Below, piece by piece: positions 31,110-42,322 of a stretch of 64,000 nucleotides of DNA. The position numbers were made by a program, and so were the translations under genes. The notes beneath the pieces are model-generated. The model searched no databases. It worked only from the letters and a program-made list of their open reading frames with translations, and had not been told where the DNA came from. Each line of letters begins with the position of its first letter. Within the stretch, counting starts at the first letter, position 1. Source of the DNA: Syntrophales bacterium (GTDB taxonomy: Bacteria; Desulfobacterota; Syntrophia; Syntrophales; PHBD01); contig OY764159.1 of the NCBI GenBank assembly GCA_963668175.1, forward strand, positions 2,976,001-3,040,000, read 5' to 3'.

Positions 31110-31784
31110 ATGAACATCTTGATTTTTGGTCCCAACGGCAGCGGCAAGGGCACCCAGGGCGCGATCGTACAGAAGAAATTCGGCGTTCCCCATATCGAAA
31201 CCGGTGTCATCTTCAGGGAAAACATTAAGGGCGGCACGGATCTCGGCAAAAAAGCCAAGGCTTTTATCGACAAGGGCGAACTCGTCCCCGACGACATCAC
31301 GATCCCGATGATCCTGAACCGGCTCAAGCAGGACGACGCCAAGAAGGGCTGGCTCCTCGACGGATTCCCCCGCAACATGGTTCAGGCGCAGGCCCTCTGG
31401 GAGGCCCTCGAAAAAGAGAAGATGAAGCTCGACTACGTCATCGAGATCGTCCTCGACCGCGAAACCTCCAAGAAGAGGATCATGGGCCGCAGGCTTTGCG
31501 CCCAGGACAACAACCATCCCAACAACATCTTTATCGACGCCATCAAACCGGCCACGAAGGACGGCAAGCCGGTATGCCGCGTGTGCGGATGCGAAACGCT
31601 GACGACCCGCGCCGACGACCAGGACGAAGCCGCCATCGACAAGCGCCACGGCATCTACTACGACACGACCACGGGCACCCTGGCCGGCGTCAATTTCTAC
31701 AAGAACAAGGTAAAAGTCCTGGAAGTCGACGGCCTTCCCGGCGTAAAGGAAGTATCCGAGTCCCTGCTCAAAATGTTAAGCTAA
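31110..31784 (+). CDS. adk: Adenylate kinase (Desulfovibrio-type metal-binding LID)
   Basis: GPNGSGKGTQ, GELVPD, LDGFPR, LID C-x5-H...CxxC. Confidence 0.95.
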   Translation: MNILIFGPNGSGKGTQGAIVQKKFGVPHIETGVIFRENIKGGTDLGKKAKAFIDKGELVPDDITIPMILNRLKQDDAKKGWLLDGFPRNMVQAQALWEALEKEKMKLDYVIEIVLDRETSKKRIMGRRLCAQDNNHPNNIFIDAIKPATKDGKPVCRVCGCETLTTRADDQDEAAIDKRHGIYYDTTTGTLAGVNFYKNKVKVLEVDGLPGVKEVSESLLKMLS

Positions 31785-31814
31785 TGCAACGTAAGGTGCA
31801 CCATGTATAGACGG

Positions 31815-31848
31815 AAAAGCCCTCTTAGCGACGAAGAGGGCTTTTTTT
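31815..31848 (+). terminator. Intrinsic terminator
   Basis: aaaagccctctt-agcgacg-aagagggcttttttt. Confidence 0.85.
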
Positions 31849-31931
31849 AACAAGGGTTGACGGCCGCGGGCGGCTTCCGCGCAAGGGAGCCGCCGGGCGG
31901 CAGCAGCAAAAAAGGAAAATAACGGCAGCAC

Positions 31932-33728
31932 ATGGACCATATTCGCAATTTCAGCATCATCGCCCATATCGACCACGGCAAGTCGACCCTCGCCGACCGT
32001 CTCATCCAGTACACGGGCATCTGCGACGACCGCAATTTCAAGGACCAGATCCTCGACAACATGGACATCGAAAGGGAGCGGGGCATCACGATCAAGAGCC
32101 AGGCGATCTCCCTGCCCTACCGTGCCCGGAACGGCCGCGACTACACGCTGAACCTCATCGACACCCCCGGCCACGTCGATTTTTCCTACGAGGTCTCCCG
32201 GTCGCTGGCCTCCTGCGAGGGCGTGCTGCTTCTGATCGACGCCGCCCAGGGCGTCCAGGCCCAGACCCTCGCCAACCTGTACATGGCCATGGAGAACAAC
32301 CTCGAAGTCATCCCCGTCATCAACAAGATCGACCTGCCGTCGGCGGACGTCGAGCGCGTCATCGAGCAGATCGACTCGGAACTCGGCCTCGATCCGGACA
32401 CGCACCTCAAGTGCTCCGCCAAGGAAGGTATCGGCATCGAGGATATCCTGGAGGCCATCGTGGAACGCATCCCGCCGCCCGAGGGCGACCCGGAGGCGCC
32501 GCTCGCCGCCCTCATCTTCGACGCCAAGTACGACGCCTTCCGGGGCACGGTCATCCACTGCCGCGTTATCGACGGCGCGGTGAAGGCCGGGGACACGATC
32601 CGCTTCATGTTCAACGGCGCGACCTACCGCGTCGAGGAGGTCGGCTACTTCCTCCTCAACCGCGAGAAGCGCGGCAGCCTGTCCGCCGGAGAGGTGGGCT
32701 ACATCATCGCCGGCGTGAAGACCGTCTCCGACGTCCACACGGGCGACACGATCACCCTCAACAACCGGCCCTGCGAGAAAGCGCTGCCCGGATTCAAGGA
32801 GGTCAAGCCCGTCGTCTTCGCCTCGATCTACCCCATCGCCTCCGACGACTACGAAGACCTCGCCGACTCCCTGGACAAGTTCAAGCTCAATGACGCCTCC
32901 TTCGTCTACGAGAAGGACTCGTCCGTCGCGCTGGGTCAGGGCTTCCGTTGCGGATTCCTGGGACTCCTCCACCTCGACATCGTCCAGGAGAGGCTGGAGC
33001 GCGAGTACGACATCTCGATCATCCTCTCGGTGCCCTCCGTCCGCTACCGCTTTACCCTGAAGGACGGCACCGTCCTCGAGGTGGACAACCCCTCCAAGTA
33101 TCCCGACCCGGTGTCCGTTGCCAAATCGGAAGAGCCTTACATCCGCGCCGCCATGATGCTCCCCGAGCGGTATCTCGGCGCCGTGATGAAGCTCTGCACG
33201 GAGAAGCGGGGGGCCAACTCCCACCTGAGCTATCCCGGTCCCGGACGGGCCGAGCTGACCTACGAGATGCCCCTGGCGGAGGTCATCTACGACTTCTACG
33301 ACCGCTTCAAGTCCGTTACCCAGGGCTACGGCTCATTCGACTACGACATCATCGACTACCGCGAGAGCGACCTCGTGCTGCTCGACATCCTCGTGAACGG
33401 CGAGAAGGTGGACGCCCTCTCCCAGATCGTCCACCGCGACCGCGCCCGGGCCAGGGGCGTCCAGGCCTGCGACCGCCTGAAGGACGAGATTCCCCGCCAG
33501 ATGTTCAAGATCGCGATCCAGGGGGCCATCGGCGGCGAGATCGTCTCCCGGTCGACCATATCGCCCTTCCGCAAGGACGTGATTGCAAAGTGCTATGGCG
33601 GCGACATTACCCGGAAGCGCAAGCTCCTGGAAAAGCAGAAGAAGGGCAAGAAGCGGATGAAGATGATCGGCTCGGTGAGCATCCCCCAGAGCGCCTTCCT
33701 CGCGGTGCTCAAGTCCGATTCCGACTAG
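31932..33728 (+). CDS. lepA: Translation elongation factor 4 LepA
   Basis: IRNFSIIAHIDHGKSTLAD, GFRCGFLGLLH, KCYGGDITRKRKLLEKQKKGKKRMK. Confidence 0.98.
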   Translation: MDHIRNFSIIAHIDHGKSTLADRLIQYTGICDDRNFKDQILDNMDIERERGITIKSQAISLPYRARNGRDYTLNLIDTPGHVDFSYEVSRSLASCEGVLLLIDAAQGVQAQTLANLYMAMENNLEVIPVINKIDLPSADVERVIEQIDSELGLDPDTHLKCSAKEGIGIEDILEAIVERIPPPEGDPEAPLAALIFDAKYDAFRGTVIHCRVIDGAVKAGDTIRFMFNGATYRVEEVGYFLLNREKRGSLSAGEVGYIIAGVKTVSDVHTGDTITLNNRPCEKALPGFKEVKPVVFASIYPIASDDYEDLADSLDKFKLNDASFVYEKDSSVALGQGFRCGFLGLLHLDIVQERLEREYDISIILSVPSVRYRFTLKDGTVLEVDNPSKYPDPVSVAKSEEPYIRAAMMLPERYLGAVMKLCTEKRGANSHLSYPGPGRAELTYEMPLAEVIYDFYDRFKSVTQGYGSFDYDIIDYRESDLVLLDILVNGEKVDALSQIVHRDRARARGVQACDRLKDEIPRQMFKIAIQGAIGGEIVSRSTISPFRKDVIAKCYGGDITRKRKLLEKQKKGKKRMKMIGSVSIPQSAFLAVLKSDSD

Positions 33729-33790
33729 CGGCCCCGGAACGACACGCGCCCACGGCAATTCCGCTGCGGGCAGGCCTTGCGGAGACGGTT

Positions 33791-34924
33791 ATGAAAGAGA
33801 TATCCGAACAACGTTCCCCCGGCCTCTACATCCATGTTCCCTTCTGCGTGAGCAAGTGTCCGTACTGTAATTTCCACTCGACGACCGACCTCAACGCCGC
33901 GCCCCGCTACCTGGAAGCGCTCATGCGCGAAATGGCCCTCTTCCGCGGTACGTTCGCGGCCTTCGACACGATCTACCTGGGAGGAGGCACGCCTTCCGTT
34001 CTTACTGCCGGACAGATCGGGTCCATTCTGAACGGCGTCCGGAGAAGCTTCGACATCGCACAAAACGCGGAGATCACGGTCGAATGCAACCCGGCGGACA
34101 TCACCCTCCCCTATCTCGACGCCCTTTTGAACCTCGGCATCAACCGCCTCAACATCGGCGTCCAGTCCTTCCACAATCCGGTCCTCAGGTTCCTGGGACG
34201 CAGGCATAACGCCGCCGATGCCCTGGCCGCCGTCGATGCCGCCCTGAAAGCGGGCTTCCGCAACACGGGCATCGACCTTATCTACGGCGTTCCCGGCCAG
34301 GACATGGACGCCTGGCTCCAGACGCTCGCCGCCGCCGTCTCGTTCCGTCTTCCCCACTTATCGTGCTATCAGTTGACGGTCGAGGAGCATACGCCCCTGG
34401 GGGCAATGATCCGGCAGGGGAAATGCGCAGCTCCGTCGGAAGAAGCCCAGGTCGATTTCTTCATGACGACGTCGTCCATGCTCGCGGAGGCGGGCTACAT
34501 CCATTACGAGGTTTCCAACTTCGCCCTGACGGAGGCCAAAGCGTCCCGGCACAACCAGAAATACTGGGACCATACACCCTACCTCGGCCTGGGTCCGGCG
34601 GCCCATTCCTTCGCGAACGGGAAGCGCCGGTGGAATAAAAGCAGTGTAGCCGAATACTGCGGCGCACTGGAGGCAAACCGTTCGCCTGCGGCCGGCGAGG
34701 AAACGCTCTCGGCCGAAGAACTGGCCTTCGAAACGGTCTTTCTCGGTCTCCGGACGCGAAAAGGGATTCCCGAATCGCTTTTATACGGCGGGTCAGGTGT
34801 TCCGGCCCCGCAGGGAGCCCTCCTGGAGAGGCTGCTCGACGAAGGCTACCTGGAGAGGCGGGACGGCTTTTTAAAACCCACCCGGAAGGGGATGGCCGTC
34901 GCCGACAGCCTTGCCCTCCTCTGA
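33791..34924 (+). CDS. hemW: Radical SAM heme chaperone HemW
   Basis: LYIHVPFCVSKCPYC, GGGTPS, HYEVSNF, HNQKYW, YLGLGPAAH; follows lepA. Confidence 0.9.
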   Translation: MKEISEQRSPGLYIHVPFCVSKCPYCNFHSTTDLNAAPRYLEALMREMALFRGTFAAFDTIYLGGGTPSVLTAGQIGSILNGVRRSFDIAQNAEITVECNPADITLPYLDALLNLGINRLNIGVQSFHNPVLRFLGRRHNAADALAAVDAALKAGFRNTGIDLIYGVPGQDMDAWLQTLAAAVSFRLPHLSCYQLTVEEHTPLGAMIRQGKCAAPSEEAQVDFFMTTSSMLAEAGYIHYEVSNFALTEAKASRHNQKYWDHTPYLGLGPAAHSFANGKRRWNKSSVAEYCGALEANRSPAAGEETLSAEELAFETVFLGLRTRKGIPESLLYGGSGVPAPQGALLERLLDEGYLERRDGFLKPTRKGMAVADSLALL

Positions 34925-35097
34925 TGCCTGACGAAACGCCCGGTTCCCACGTCTCCGGTCACGCACAGCTCCGCTTTCCCATCCCGTGTCCCGCCTCTTT
35001 TCTTTCCCGGCCGAAATTTCTAGTCAATCTCTTCCTAACGTGGTATAAGCTACGCGTCCCGCAGCACAGCATGCCGTTACACCAGCGAGGTCGGGTT

Positions 35098-37842
35098 ATG
35101 AACGACGGGCAAGAAACCGGCTTGAAGATTTTGGAAAACGACCACCCCCCGGACCGGCAGACGTCCGGCCCGAAAGAAACAACCAAGGGCCGCCGGACCC
35201 CGCCGGCGTACCGCGCAGACGAGACGGACATCTTCAAACAGGCGATCGAACAGGCCTATGAGGGCATTGCCATCATCAGGGGCGGCCGCCACGTCTATTT
35301 CAATAAATCCTACCTGGAACTGACCGGTTATACCGATGCGGAGGAACTCTCCGCCCTTCCCGTCACCGCGCTCATTCACCCCGACGATACCGATCTTCTT
35401 CAGGCGGCGACGCGCGATCTCCCTCAGAACGAACCGGCCCGCAAGCCGCGGGAAAGCCGCCTCGTCCGGAAAGACGGCAGCCTCATTCCCATGGAAATAT
35501 CCTTTGCGGCGATTACCTACAGGGGGCAGCGTTCCATGCTCTGCTACCTCCGGGACATGACGGCCCAGAGGCGCGCCGAGGAGGCCCTGGAGGGCAGCGA
35601 AAAGAAATTCCGGATCATCATCGAGAACATCGCCGACCTCGTGGCAGAGGTCGACCATGATGGCTATTATACGTACGTCTCCCCGTCCTATAAGAAAATC
35701 CTCGGTTACGACCCCAAGGACCTCGTGAAAAAGCCCTGCGTCAAGTTCGTCCATCCGGACGACGCGCCGGGACTCCTTTCCCGGTTCAGGGATACGGTCC
35801 ACAAGAAGCGCGGCAACCTGCGGATCGAGTACCGGCTTCTCCATAAAAAAGGCGGATACCGCTGGATCGAGGCTCTCTTCACCTTCTTCTACACTCCCGA
35901 AGGCCACCTCGATTACCTCCATGTCGATTCCCGGGACAACACCGAGCTCAAGAAGGCCGAAGAGGCCCTTTCGGCCTCCGAAGTCGTCTACAGCAGCGTC
36001 TTCGAAAACACAGGCACGGTAATGCTTATCGTCGAAGACGACATGACGATCTCCCATGCCAATGCCGAGTTCGAGAACCTCACGGGCTATAAGCGCGACG
36101 AACTGACCGGGGGCAAAAAATGGAGCGACTTCGTGGAGAAGAGCGATCTGGACAACATGATCCGTCAGCACCATCTGCGAAGAACCCAGCCGGACACGGC
36201 CACCCGGAGCTACGAGTTCCGGCTCGTGAGAAGGGACGGCAGCCTGCGCAGCATTCTGCTTACCGTAGGCATTATCCCGGGGACGAAAAAGAGCGTTGCG
36301 TCGCTCCTCGATATCACCGAGCGTAAGAAGGCCGAGGAAGAAGCCAGGAGATACTCGGAAGAAATAAGCGATCTATACAACAACGCCCCCTGCGGGTACC
36401 ATTCCCTGGGACCCGACGGGACCTTTCTGCAGATGAACGATACGGAACTGCGCTGGCTGGGGTACGAAAGGGACGAGATCGTCGGCAGGAAGAAATGGGG
36501 AGAAATTCTTACCGCCAGAAGCCAGGCCCTCTACCGCAAGTCGTTCGCGCAGCTCAAAAGCCAGGGCTTCACAAGCAATCTCGAATTCGAACTCATCCGG
36601 AAGGACGGCACCATATTGCCCGTACTTCTCAACGCCACGGCGATCAGGGACGAAGACGGCCGCTTTCTCACGACCCGGACCACCCTCTTCGATATCACCG
36701 AACGCCGAAGACAGGAAACGCAGTGGTCCCATATCGAGAAGATGGAGGCCCTGGGGACTCTTTCCGGCGGCATCGCCCACGATTTCAACAACATTCTCAT
36801 GAGCATCCAGGGACTGGCTTCGTTGATGCGCTTCGACCTGAAGCCGAAGCACCCCCATTACGAAAACCTACAGAAGATCGAGGCCCAGGTCCGCACCGGC
36901 GCGAATCTCACCCGGCAGCTCCTGGGCTTTGCCCGGGGCGGCAAGTACGAGGTCAGGCCGACGGACGTTAACGGACTCGTCGAAAAGGTCGCCGTAATGT
37001 TCGGCCGGACCAACAAGGGCATCGCCATCAGCAGACGCTACCAGAAAGACATCTGGATCGTGGACGCCGACGAAGGGCAGATCGAACAGGTCCTGCTCAA
37101 TCTCTTCATCAACGCCGGCCATGCCATGACGGACGAAGGGGAACTCTACCTCACGACTGAAAATATCGTCCTGACGGATGCCGAAGCCAAACCTCACGGC
37201 GTCAAGAAGGGCCGGTACGTCATGTTCGCCCTGACCGATACCGGCATCGGCATGGACGATGAAACCCTGGAACACATCTTCGAGCCGTTCTTCACGACCA
37301 AGGATCCAGGCCAGGGAACGGGGCTGGGACTCGCGTCGGCCTACGGGATCGTCCGTAACCACGAAGGATATATTACCGTCGTAAGCGAACGCGGCAAAGG
37401 CTCCACCTTCTGCGTCTATCTGCCCGCCTCGGCCCAGGCAAAAGACGAAGAGGAACAGTGGCCGGAACAGATCCTGACCGGCCGGGAGACGATCCTCCTC
37501 GTGGACGATGAGGAACTGAACATCGCCATCATGAAGGACATCCTGGAGAAGCTCGGCTATAACATCATCACCGCCGGCGGAGGCCAGGAGGCTACGGCTA
37601 TCTTCATGGAGAAGTCGAAAGAGATCGATCTCGTCATCATGGACATGATCATGCCGGGGATGGGGGGGGTGAAGACCTTCGACTGCCTCCAGGAAATCGA
37701 CCCGAACGTCAAGGTCATCATCTGCAGCGGCTACAGCATGGACGGAGACGCCCAGAAGCTCCTGGACAAGGGCTGCCTCAGTTTCCTCCAGAAGCCGTTC
37801 CAGGTGCCCGAGCTCTCCCGGAAGATCCGGGAAGCCTTCTGA
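35098..37842 (+). CDS. Multi-PAS hybrid histidine kinase (HisKA-HATPase-REC)
   Basis: Four [18 protein letters not shown]...GTGLGL, receiver VDDE...DMIMP. Confidence 0.93.
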   Translation: MNDGQETGLKILENDHPPDRQTSGPKETTKGRRTPPAYRADETDIFKQAIEQAYEGIAIIRGGRHVYFNKSYLELTGYTDAEELSALPVTALIHPDDTDLLQAATRDLPQNEPARKPRESRLVRKDGSLIPMEISFAAITYRGQRSMLCYLRDMTAQRRAEEALEGSEKKFRIIIENIADLVAEVDHDGYYTYVSPSYKKILGYDPKDLVKKPCVKFVHPDDAPGLLSRFRDTVHKKRGNLRIEYRLLHKKGGYRWIEALFTFFYTPEGHLDYLHVDSRDNTELKKAEEALSASEVVYSSVFENTGTVMLIVEDDMTISHANAEFENLTGYKRDELTGGKKWSDFVEKSDLDNMIRQHHLRRTQPDTATRSYEFRLVRRDGSLRSILLTVGIIPGTKKSVASLLDITERKKAEEEARRYSEEISDLYNNAPCGYHSLGPDGTFLQMNDTELRWLGYERDEIVGRKKWGEILTARSQALYRKSFAQLKSQGFTSNLEFELIRKDGTILPVLLNATAIRDEDGRFLTTRTTLFDITERRRQETQWSHIEKMEALGTLSGGIAHDFNNILMSIQGLASLMRFDLKPKHPHYENLQKIEAQVRTGANLTRQLLGFARGGKYEVRPTDVNGLVEKVAVMFGRTNKGIAISRRYQKDIWIVDADEGQIEQVLLNLFINAGHAMTDEGELYLTTENIVLTDAEAKPHGVKKGRYVMFALTDTGIGMDDETLEHIFEPFFTTKDPGQGTGLGLASAYGIVRNHEGYITVVSERGKGSTFCVYLPASAQAKDEEEQWPEQILTGRETILLVDDEELNIAIMKDILEKLGYNIITAGGGQEATAIFMEKSKEIDLVIMDMIMPGMGGVKTFDCLQEIDPNVKVIICSGYSMDGDAQKLLDKGCLSFLQKPFQVPELSRKIREAF

Positions 37843-37926
37843 TGCGGCCTGCCGGCGAAGGTCTTGCAGCCGTCGCCCGAAGCCGCCGTGCGTGAAAGGC
37901 GGCTTCTGTTGCGCCTGCCCCGTCCG

Positions 37927-38289
37927 TCAGCGGACGGCGGCCATGTCGGACGACAGGTCGAGTATCTCGTCCTTGGTGTAGAAGTAGAGTTCGTGGCCGA
38001 CGAGAGCCTGACGCTTCTCCGCCGTCTCCTTGAGCACCGGAACGATATCGAGCCCCTTGACGTCAAGCCACTGGCCGTTCATGCTGATGCGGACGACGGT
38101 CCCCTCGGCGTTCAGTTCATGGGGGATTTTATAGGAATTGAGGACCCGGACGACAAAGTCGTTCTTCTGTTTCGTGATGACGGCCGCCCTTTGCTGCATG
38201 GCGCGGAGCTTGCCGTCGTCCTGGGCATGGACCGCGGGCAGGACAGATAAAACGAACAGGACCGCAAGCGCCAGAATTCGTTTCTGCAT
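37927..38289 (-). CDS. Hypothetical exported protein
   Basis: GGAGG RBS; signal peptide ending VHA. Confidence 0.7.
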   Translation of the reverse strand: MQKRILALAVLFVLSVLPAVHAQDDGKLRAMQQRAAVITKQKNDFVVRVLNSYKIPHELNAEGTVVRISMNGQWLDVKGLDIVPVLKETAEKRQALVGHELYFYTKDEILDLSSDMAAVR

Positions 38290-38560
38290 GGTGAACTCCC
38301 TCCTCCTGTTGATGGACGGGACGGGGGCGGATGCAGGGCAGGCGCCCTCCCGTCGAAGCGTACGACCCTAGTCTATAACACGGTCTTACAAAAACGCAAG
38401 ACGGAAAGAGGCCGCTCGCGGCCGGGCCGCGGTCTTGCGGCTATGGGATAAAAGGAAGGCAGCGCTTTCGATATCGGGACGCTGCCGATGTTCTCAGCCG
38501 TCGTATGAGGCTGAGCCGTTTCATTTTCGACATCTCGATCACAAGGGAGGAGGAGATACG

Positions 38561-39010
38561 ATGAAAAGGAAGCGTATGTTTACGGGTGCGTGGTTGGCGG
38601 CTCTGGCCGTGCTGTTCCTCGCATCATCCCTCACGGCGGCCGATACGACGGGACAGCTCATCACCAACATGGATGCCGTCCTGAAGGCGAATCCGATGCC
38701 CGCGGCCGACAAAATCCAGATGATCACCGTCGCCCAGGACGACAACCTTACGTTCTACGTGGCGCGTCTCGCGGAAGGCGCGGAGATCAAGCCCCATTAT
38801 CACAAGACCCACGACGAAACGGTCTATGTCTATCAAGGTACGGGTAAGATGCTCATCGACGGCAAATGGATCGACGTCGGCCCCGGGGCCGTTCATTTCA
38901 ACCCGATGACCAAGATCCATGCCACAAGGAACGCCGGCAAGGACCATCTGGTCATCATATCGATCTTCACGCCGGCAATGAAGAGTCCGGACCGCATTAT
39001 GGTCCAGTAA
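38561..39010 (+). CDS. Exported cupin-domain protein
   Basis: Signal peptide; PHYHKTHDETVYV...G...H cupin motifs; GGAGGAG RBS. Confidence 0.85.
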   Translation: MKRKRMFTGAWLAALAVLFLASSLTAADTTGQLITNMDAVLKANPMPAADKIQMITVAQDDNLTFYVARLAEGAEIKPHYHKTHDETVYVYQGTGKMLIDGKWIDVGPGAVHFNPMTKIHATRNAGKDHLVIISIFTPAMKSPDRIMVQ

Positions 39011-39298
39011 AACTGGCCGACTTTACGGGATTTATGGCCGGTTCTCAAGTCCGGGGCGAATGAACGATCCGGACGGGGCGGGGTATTGTACCCCAAATCG
39101 CCCCTCTTTTCGCCTCGAACCCGGAGACGCGGTTCAGCGGACGTCACCCCGCATTTGAAGCCCCATCGCAGGCAAAGTCCTCGGAACAAAGAAAAAAACC
39201 ATTTTTATCTTGACAAGTGGCGGGGCGTTTAAGATAGTCTCCCTGTCCTGTTGGGCATTCGTTCTTGAAAAATCGAAGATTGTGGAAGGAGAAAGCTT

Positions 39299-40327
39299 AT
39301 GGAATTAACCAGGCGCAGTTTCCTTATCAGCAGTCTGCTGGCAGTACCTTCAATCGCTATGATGGGGCCGGACGCATTCTCCGCAGCCTCGCAGAATTTG
39401 AAGATCTCTCACCAGTTCCCCGGTGGCACCATCACCGAAGGCGATTTTCGCGACCGTCTCTGCCGCATGTTTGCGGCGGACATTGCAAAACAAACCAAGA
39501 ACGCCCTTACCGGCACCGTCTATCCGGGCTCGTCCCTGATGAAGACGAACGCCCAGTTGAACGCTGCGCGCAAGGGCGCCCTCGACATGACGCTCTTCCC
39601 CATCGCCTACGCAGGCGGTGAAATCCCCGAATTGAACATCGGCCTCATGCCCGGCGTCGTCACTTCCTACGAACAGGGACTGTCGTGGAAGAACGCGGAA
39701 GTGGGCAAGCTTCTAACCGACATCCTCTATGAAAAAGGCATTATCATCGTCAGCTGGATATGGCAGGCCGGCGGCGTCGCCAGCCGCGTCAAGGGCGTCG
39801 TCGAGCCGACGGACGCCCAGAAGCTGAAAATCCGCGGCGGCAGCCGGGAAATGGATATGGTCCTCAAGGCCTGCGGCGCATCGGTCATTTCGCTGCCCTC
39901 GAACGAAATCTACCAGTCCATGCAGACAGGCGCCCTCGACGCCGCCATGACGTCCTCGACCAGCCTGATCTCCTTCCGCCTGGAGGAGGTTGCCGGGCAC
40001 CTGACCACCGGCCGCGGCAAGGCTTACTGGTTCATGTTCGAACCGCTCCTCATGTCGCGCATCGTCTTCGAAAAACTGCCCAGGAACCAGCAGCAGATCA
40101 TCATGTCGGCGGGGGCCGAAATGGAGAAATTCGCCCTCAAGGCCGCCAAGGCCGACGACCAGGCCGTCGCCGCCGTCTACCAGAAACACGGCGCCAGGGT
40201 CTACGACCTCTCCGCCGCAACGGTGAAGAAGTGGCAGGACATCGCCCGGCAGACGGCATGGAAGGATTTTGCCGGTAAGAACGAACGGTGTGCCCGACTG
40301 CTTAAGCTGGTAGAGAAGACCCTATGA
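39299..40327 (+). CDS. dctP: TRAP transporter substrate-binding protein (Tat signal)
   Basis: TRRSFL; YPGSSL; LKIRGG; EIYQSMQTGALDA. Confidence 0.92.
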   Translation: MELTRRSFLISSLLAVPSIAMMGPDAFSAASQNLKISHQFPGGTITEGDFRDRLCRMFAADIAKQTKNALTGTVYPGSSLMKTNAQLNAARKGALDMTLFPIAYAGGEIPELNIGLMPGVVTSYEQGLSWKNAEVGKLLTDILYEKGIIIVSWIWQAGGVASRVKGVVEPTDAQKLKIRGGSREMDMVLKACGASVISLPSNEIYQSMQTGALDAAMTSSTSLISFRLEEVAGHLTTGRGKAYWFMFEPLLMSRIVFEKLPRNQQQIIMSAGAEMEKFALKAAKADDQAVAAVYQKHGARVYDLSAATVKKWQDIARQTAWKDFAGKNERCARLLKLVEKTL

Positions 40328-40878
40328 GCGGCGGCCCTGATACCGAATCCACCGTATATCCGGAAAGTCCTTTCGGGAAAGTGCTGGATGTCCTCCTGAG
40401 GATCACGCTCCGCATCAACGAAGCGATTGTGATCGTCTCGTCGGCGGCCCTGTTCGGCGCTTCGCTGGTCCTCACCTTAAGCGTCGTCCTGCGCTATTTT
40501 CTCAAAGTGCCGACGGACTGGCAGGACGAAGTGGCCGTCTTCCTCATCGTCGGCTCCCTCTTCATGTGCAGCGCCTATGTCCAGTCCCTGCGCGGGCACG
40601 TAGGCATCGAGGCGCTGGCCGCTATCCTGCCCCGCACGGCAAACCGCGTCCGGTTCATTCTGATCGATATCGCCACGTTCGCCTTCTGTGCCTTCTTCTC
40701 ATGGAAGTCATGGTCCATGCTGATTGACGCCTTCGTCGAAGGCCATACGACCTCGTCCGCCTTCGCCCCGCCTCTCTGGATCCCTTACGGACTTCTGGCC
40801 GTCGGCATGACCAACCTGACCATCCAGCTCCTGCTGCAGATCCCCTCCCATTTCGCCGGCCGGAAGGTAGCCCCATGA
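40324..40878 (+). CDS. dctQ: TRAP transporter small permease
   Basis: VVLRYF...WQDE, GHVGIE; four TMs; coupled to dctP. Confidence 0.92.
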   Translation: MSGGPDTESTVYPESPFGKVLDVLLRITLRINEAIVIVSSAALFGASLVLTLSVVLRYFLKVPTDWQDEVAVFLIVGSLFMCSAYVQSLRGHVGIEALAAILPRTANRVRFILIDIATFAFCAFFSWKSWSMLIDAFVEGHTTSSAFAPPLWIPYGLLAVGMTNLTIQLLLQIPSHFAGRKVAP

Positions 40879-42230
40879 GCGTAAGCGAAATCGGCATTCT
40901 TTACGGCGTCGTAACGCTCCTCGTCATGTTCACCGGCATGCCCATCGCCTTTTCCCTGGGCGCCGTCGCGGTCGCCTTCATGTACTTCTTCATGCCCGCA
41001 TCGGCCCTCGACACCGTCACGCAGAACGTTTACGAGGAGATGGCGAGCATCACACTGCTTTCTATCCCGCTCTTCATCCTCAAGGGCGTCGCCATCGGGA
41101 AATCCCCCGCCGGTTCCGATCTTTACTCGGCCCTGCATGCCTGGCTTCACAAGATACCGGGCGGTCTGGGCATCGCCAACGTCTTCGCCTGCGCCCTTTT
41201 CGCCGCCATGGCCGGATCGAGCCCGGCCACCTGCGCCGCCATCGGCAGCGCCGGCATCCCCGAAATGCGCAAGCGCGGCTATTCCGGCGCCTTTGCCTCC
41301 GGCATCATCGCCGCGGGCGGCACGTTGGGCATCCTGCTCCCGCCTTCCATCACCATGATCCTCTACGCCGTGGCCTCCGAACAGTCTCTGGGACGGCTCT
41401 TCCTGGCCGGCATCGGCCCCGGCTTCCTTCTCGTAACCCTCTTTTCGATCTATGCCGTATGGCGCTACCGGAGGGAATACCGGAAAGCCCTTGCCGTCTT
41501 CGAGTCCGGCGGCGGCAAGTCGGCCTACCTTGAAGAAGAATACCTGACGCTCGCCGACAAGGTGCGGATGCTGCCCAGGACGCTGCCCTTCGTCATCCTG
41601 CTCACGGGCGTCATGATCGCCCTTTACGGCGGATACGCCACGCCGTCGGAAACGGCGGGACTGGGCGCGGTGCTCGCGTTGATCCTCATCGCCGTCGTTT
41701 ACGGCGTCTGGCGGCCCCGCGACCTCCGGGTCATCTACACGACCACCTTGAAGGACTCGACCATGCTCATGTTCATCGTCGGCATGTCTCTCCTCTATTC
41801 CTATGTCATGAGCTACCTTCACATCAGCCAGTCCGCCGCGGAATGGATCGTTTCCATGGAGCTTTCCCGCTGGGTGCTGCTTTTCGCGATCCTGACGTTC
41901 GTCGTGGTGCTGGGCTTCTTCCTGCCGCCGGTCTCGATCATCCTCATGACGGCGCCGATCATCCTGCCGCCGCTGCGCGCCGCCGGCTTCGACCTCGTCT
42001 GGTTCGGCGTGGTCATGACGATCGTCATGGAGATGGGCCTCATCCATCCCCCCGTCGGCCTGAACATCTTCGTGATCAAGAACATCGCCCCGGACATCTC
42101 GCTGGCGGACGTCATCTGGGGGACGATTCCGTTTGTCCTTCTGATGATGGTCGCCGTGGTGATCATCTGCTGGCTGCCGGAAATCGCCGTGTGGCTGCCC
42201 AACCTCGTCATGGGCGAGAGCATGAGATAG
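40875..42230 (+). CDS. dctM: TRAP transporter large permease
   Basis: GMPIAFSLG, GTLGILLPPS, TPSETA, HPPVGLN. Confidence 0.95.
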   Translation: MSVSEIGILYGVVTLLVMFTGMPIAFSLGAVAVAFMYFFMPASALDTVTQNVYEEMASITLLSIPLFILKGVAIGKSPAGSDLYSALHAWLHKIPGGLGIANVFACALFAAMAGSSPATCAAIGSAGIPEMRKRGYSGAFASGIIAAGGTLGILLPPSITMILYAVASEQSLGRLFLAGIGPGFLLVTLFSIYAVWRYRREYRKALAVFESGGGKSAYLEEEYLTLADKVRMLPRTLPFVILLTGVMIALYGGYATPSETAGLGAVLALILIAVVYGVWRPRDLRVIYTTTLKDSTMLMFIVGMSLLYSYVMSYLHISQSAAEWIVSMELSRWVLLFAILTFVVVLGFFLPPVSIILMTAPIILPPLRAAGFDLVWFGVVMTIVMEMGLIHPPVGLNIFVIKNIAPDISLADVIWGTIPFVLLMMVAVVIICWLPEIAVWLPNLVMGESMR

Positions 42231-42322
42231 AAGCGGCGCAGCCGAGACTCCGGGGTTCCGGTTTGAATATTGAACGGAGGGCCGTCGCCCCGGTACGACT
42301 TATTGATGGGAGGATGAGCGAT

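Noticed and set aside
31110..31784. Unusual C-x5-H...CxxC LID in adenylate kinase
   Set aside because: This metal-binding LID type is already described in Desulfovibrio adenylate kinases.
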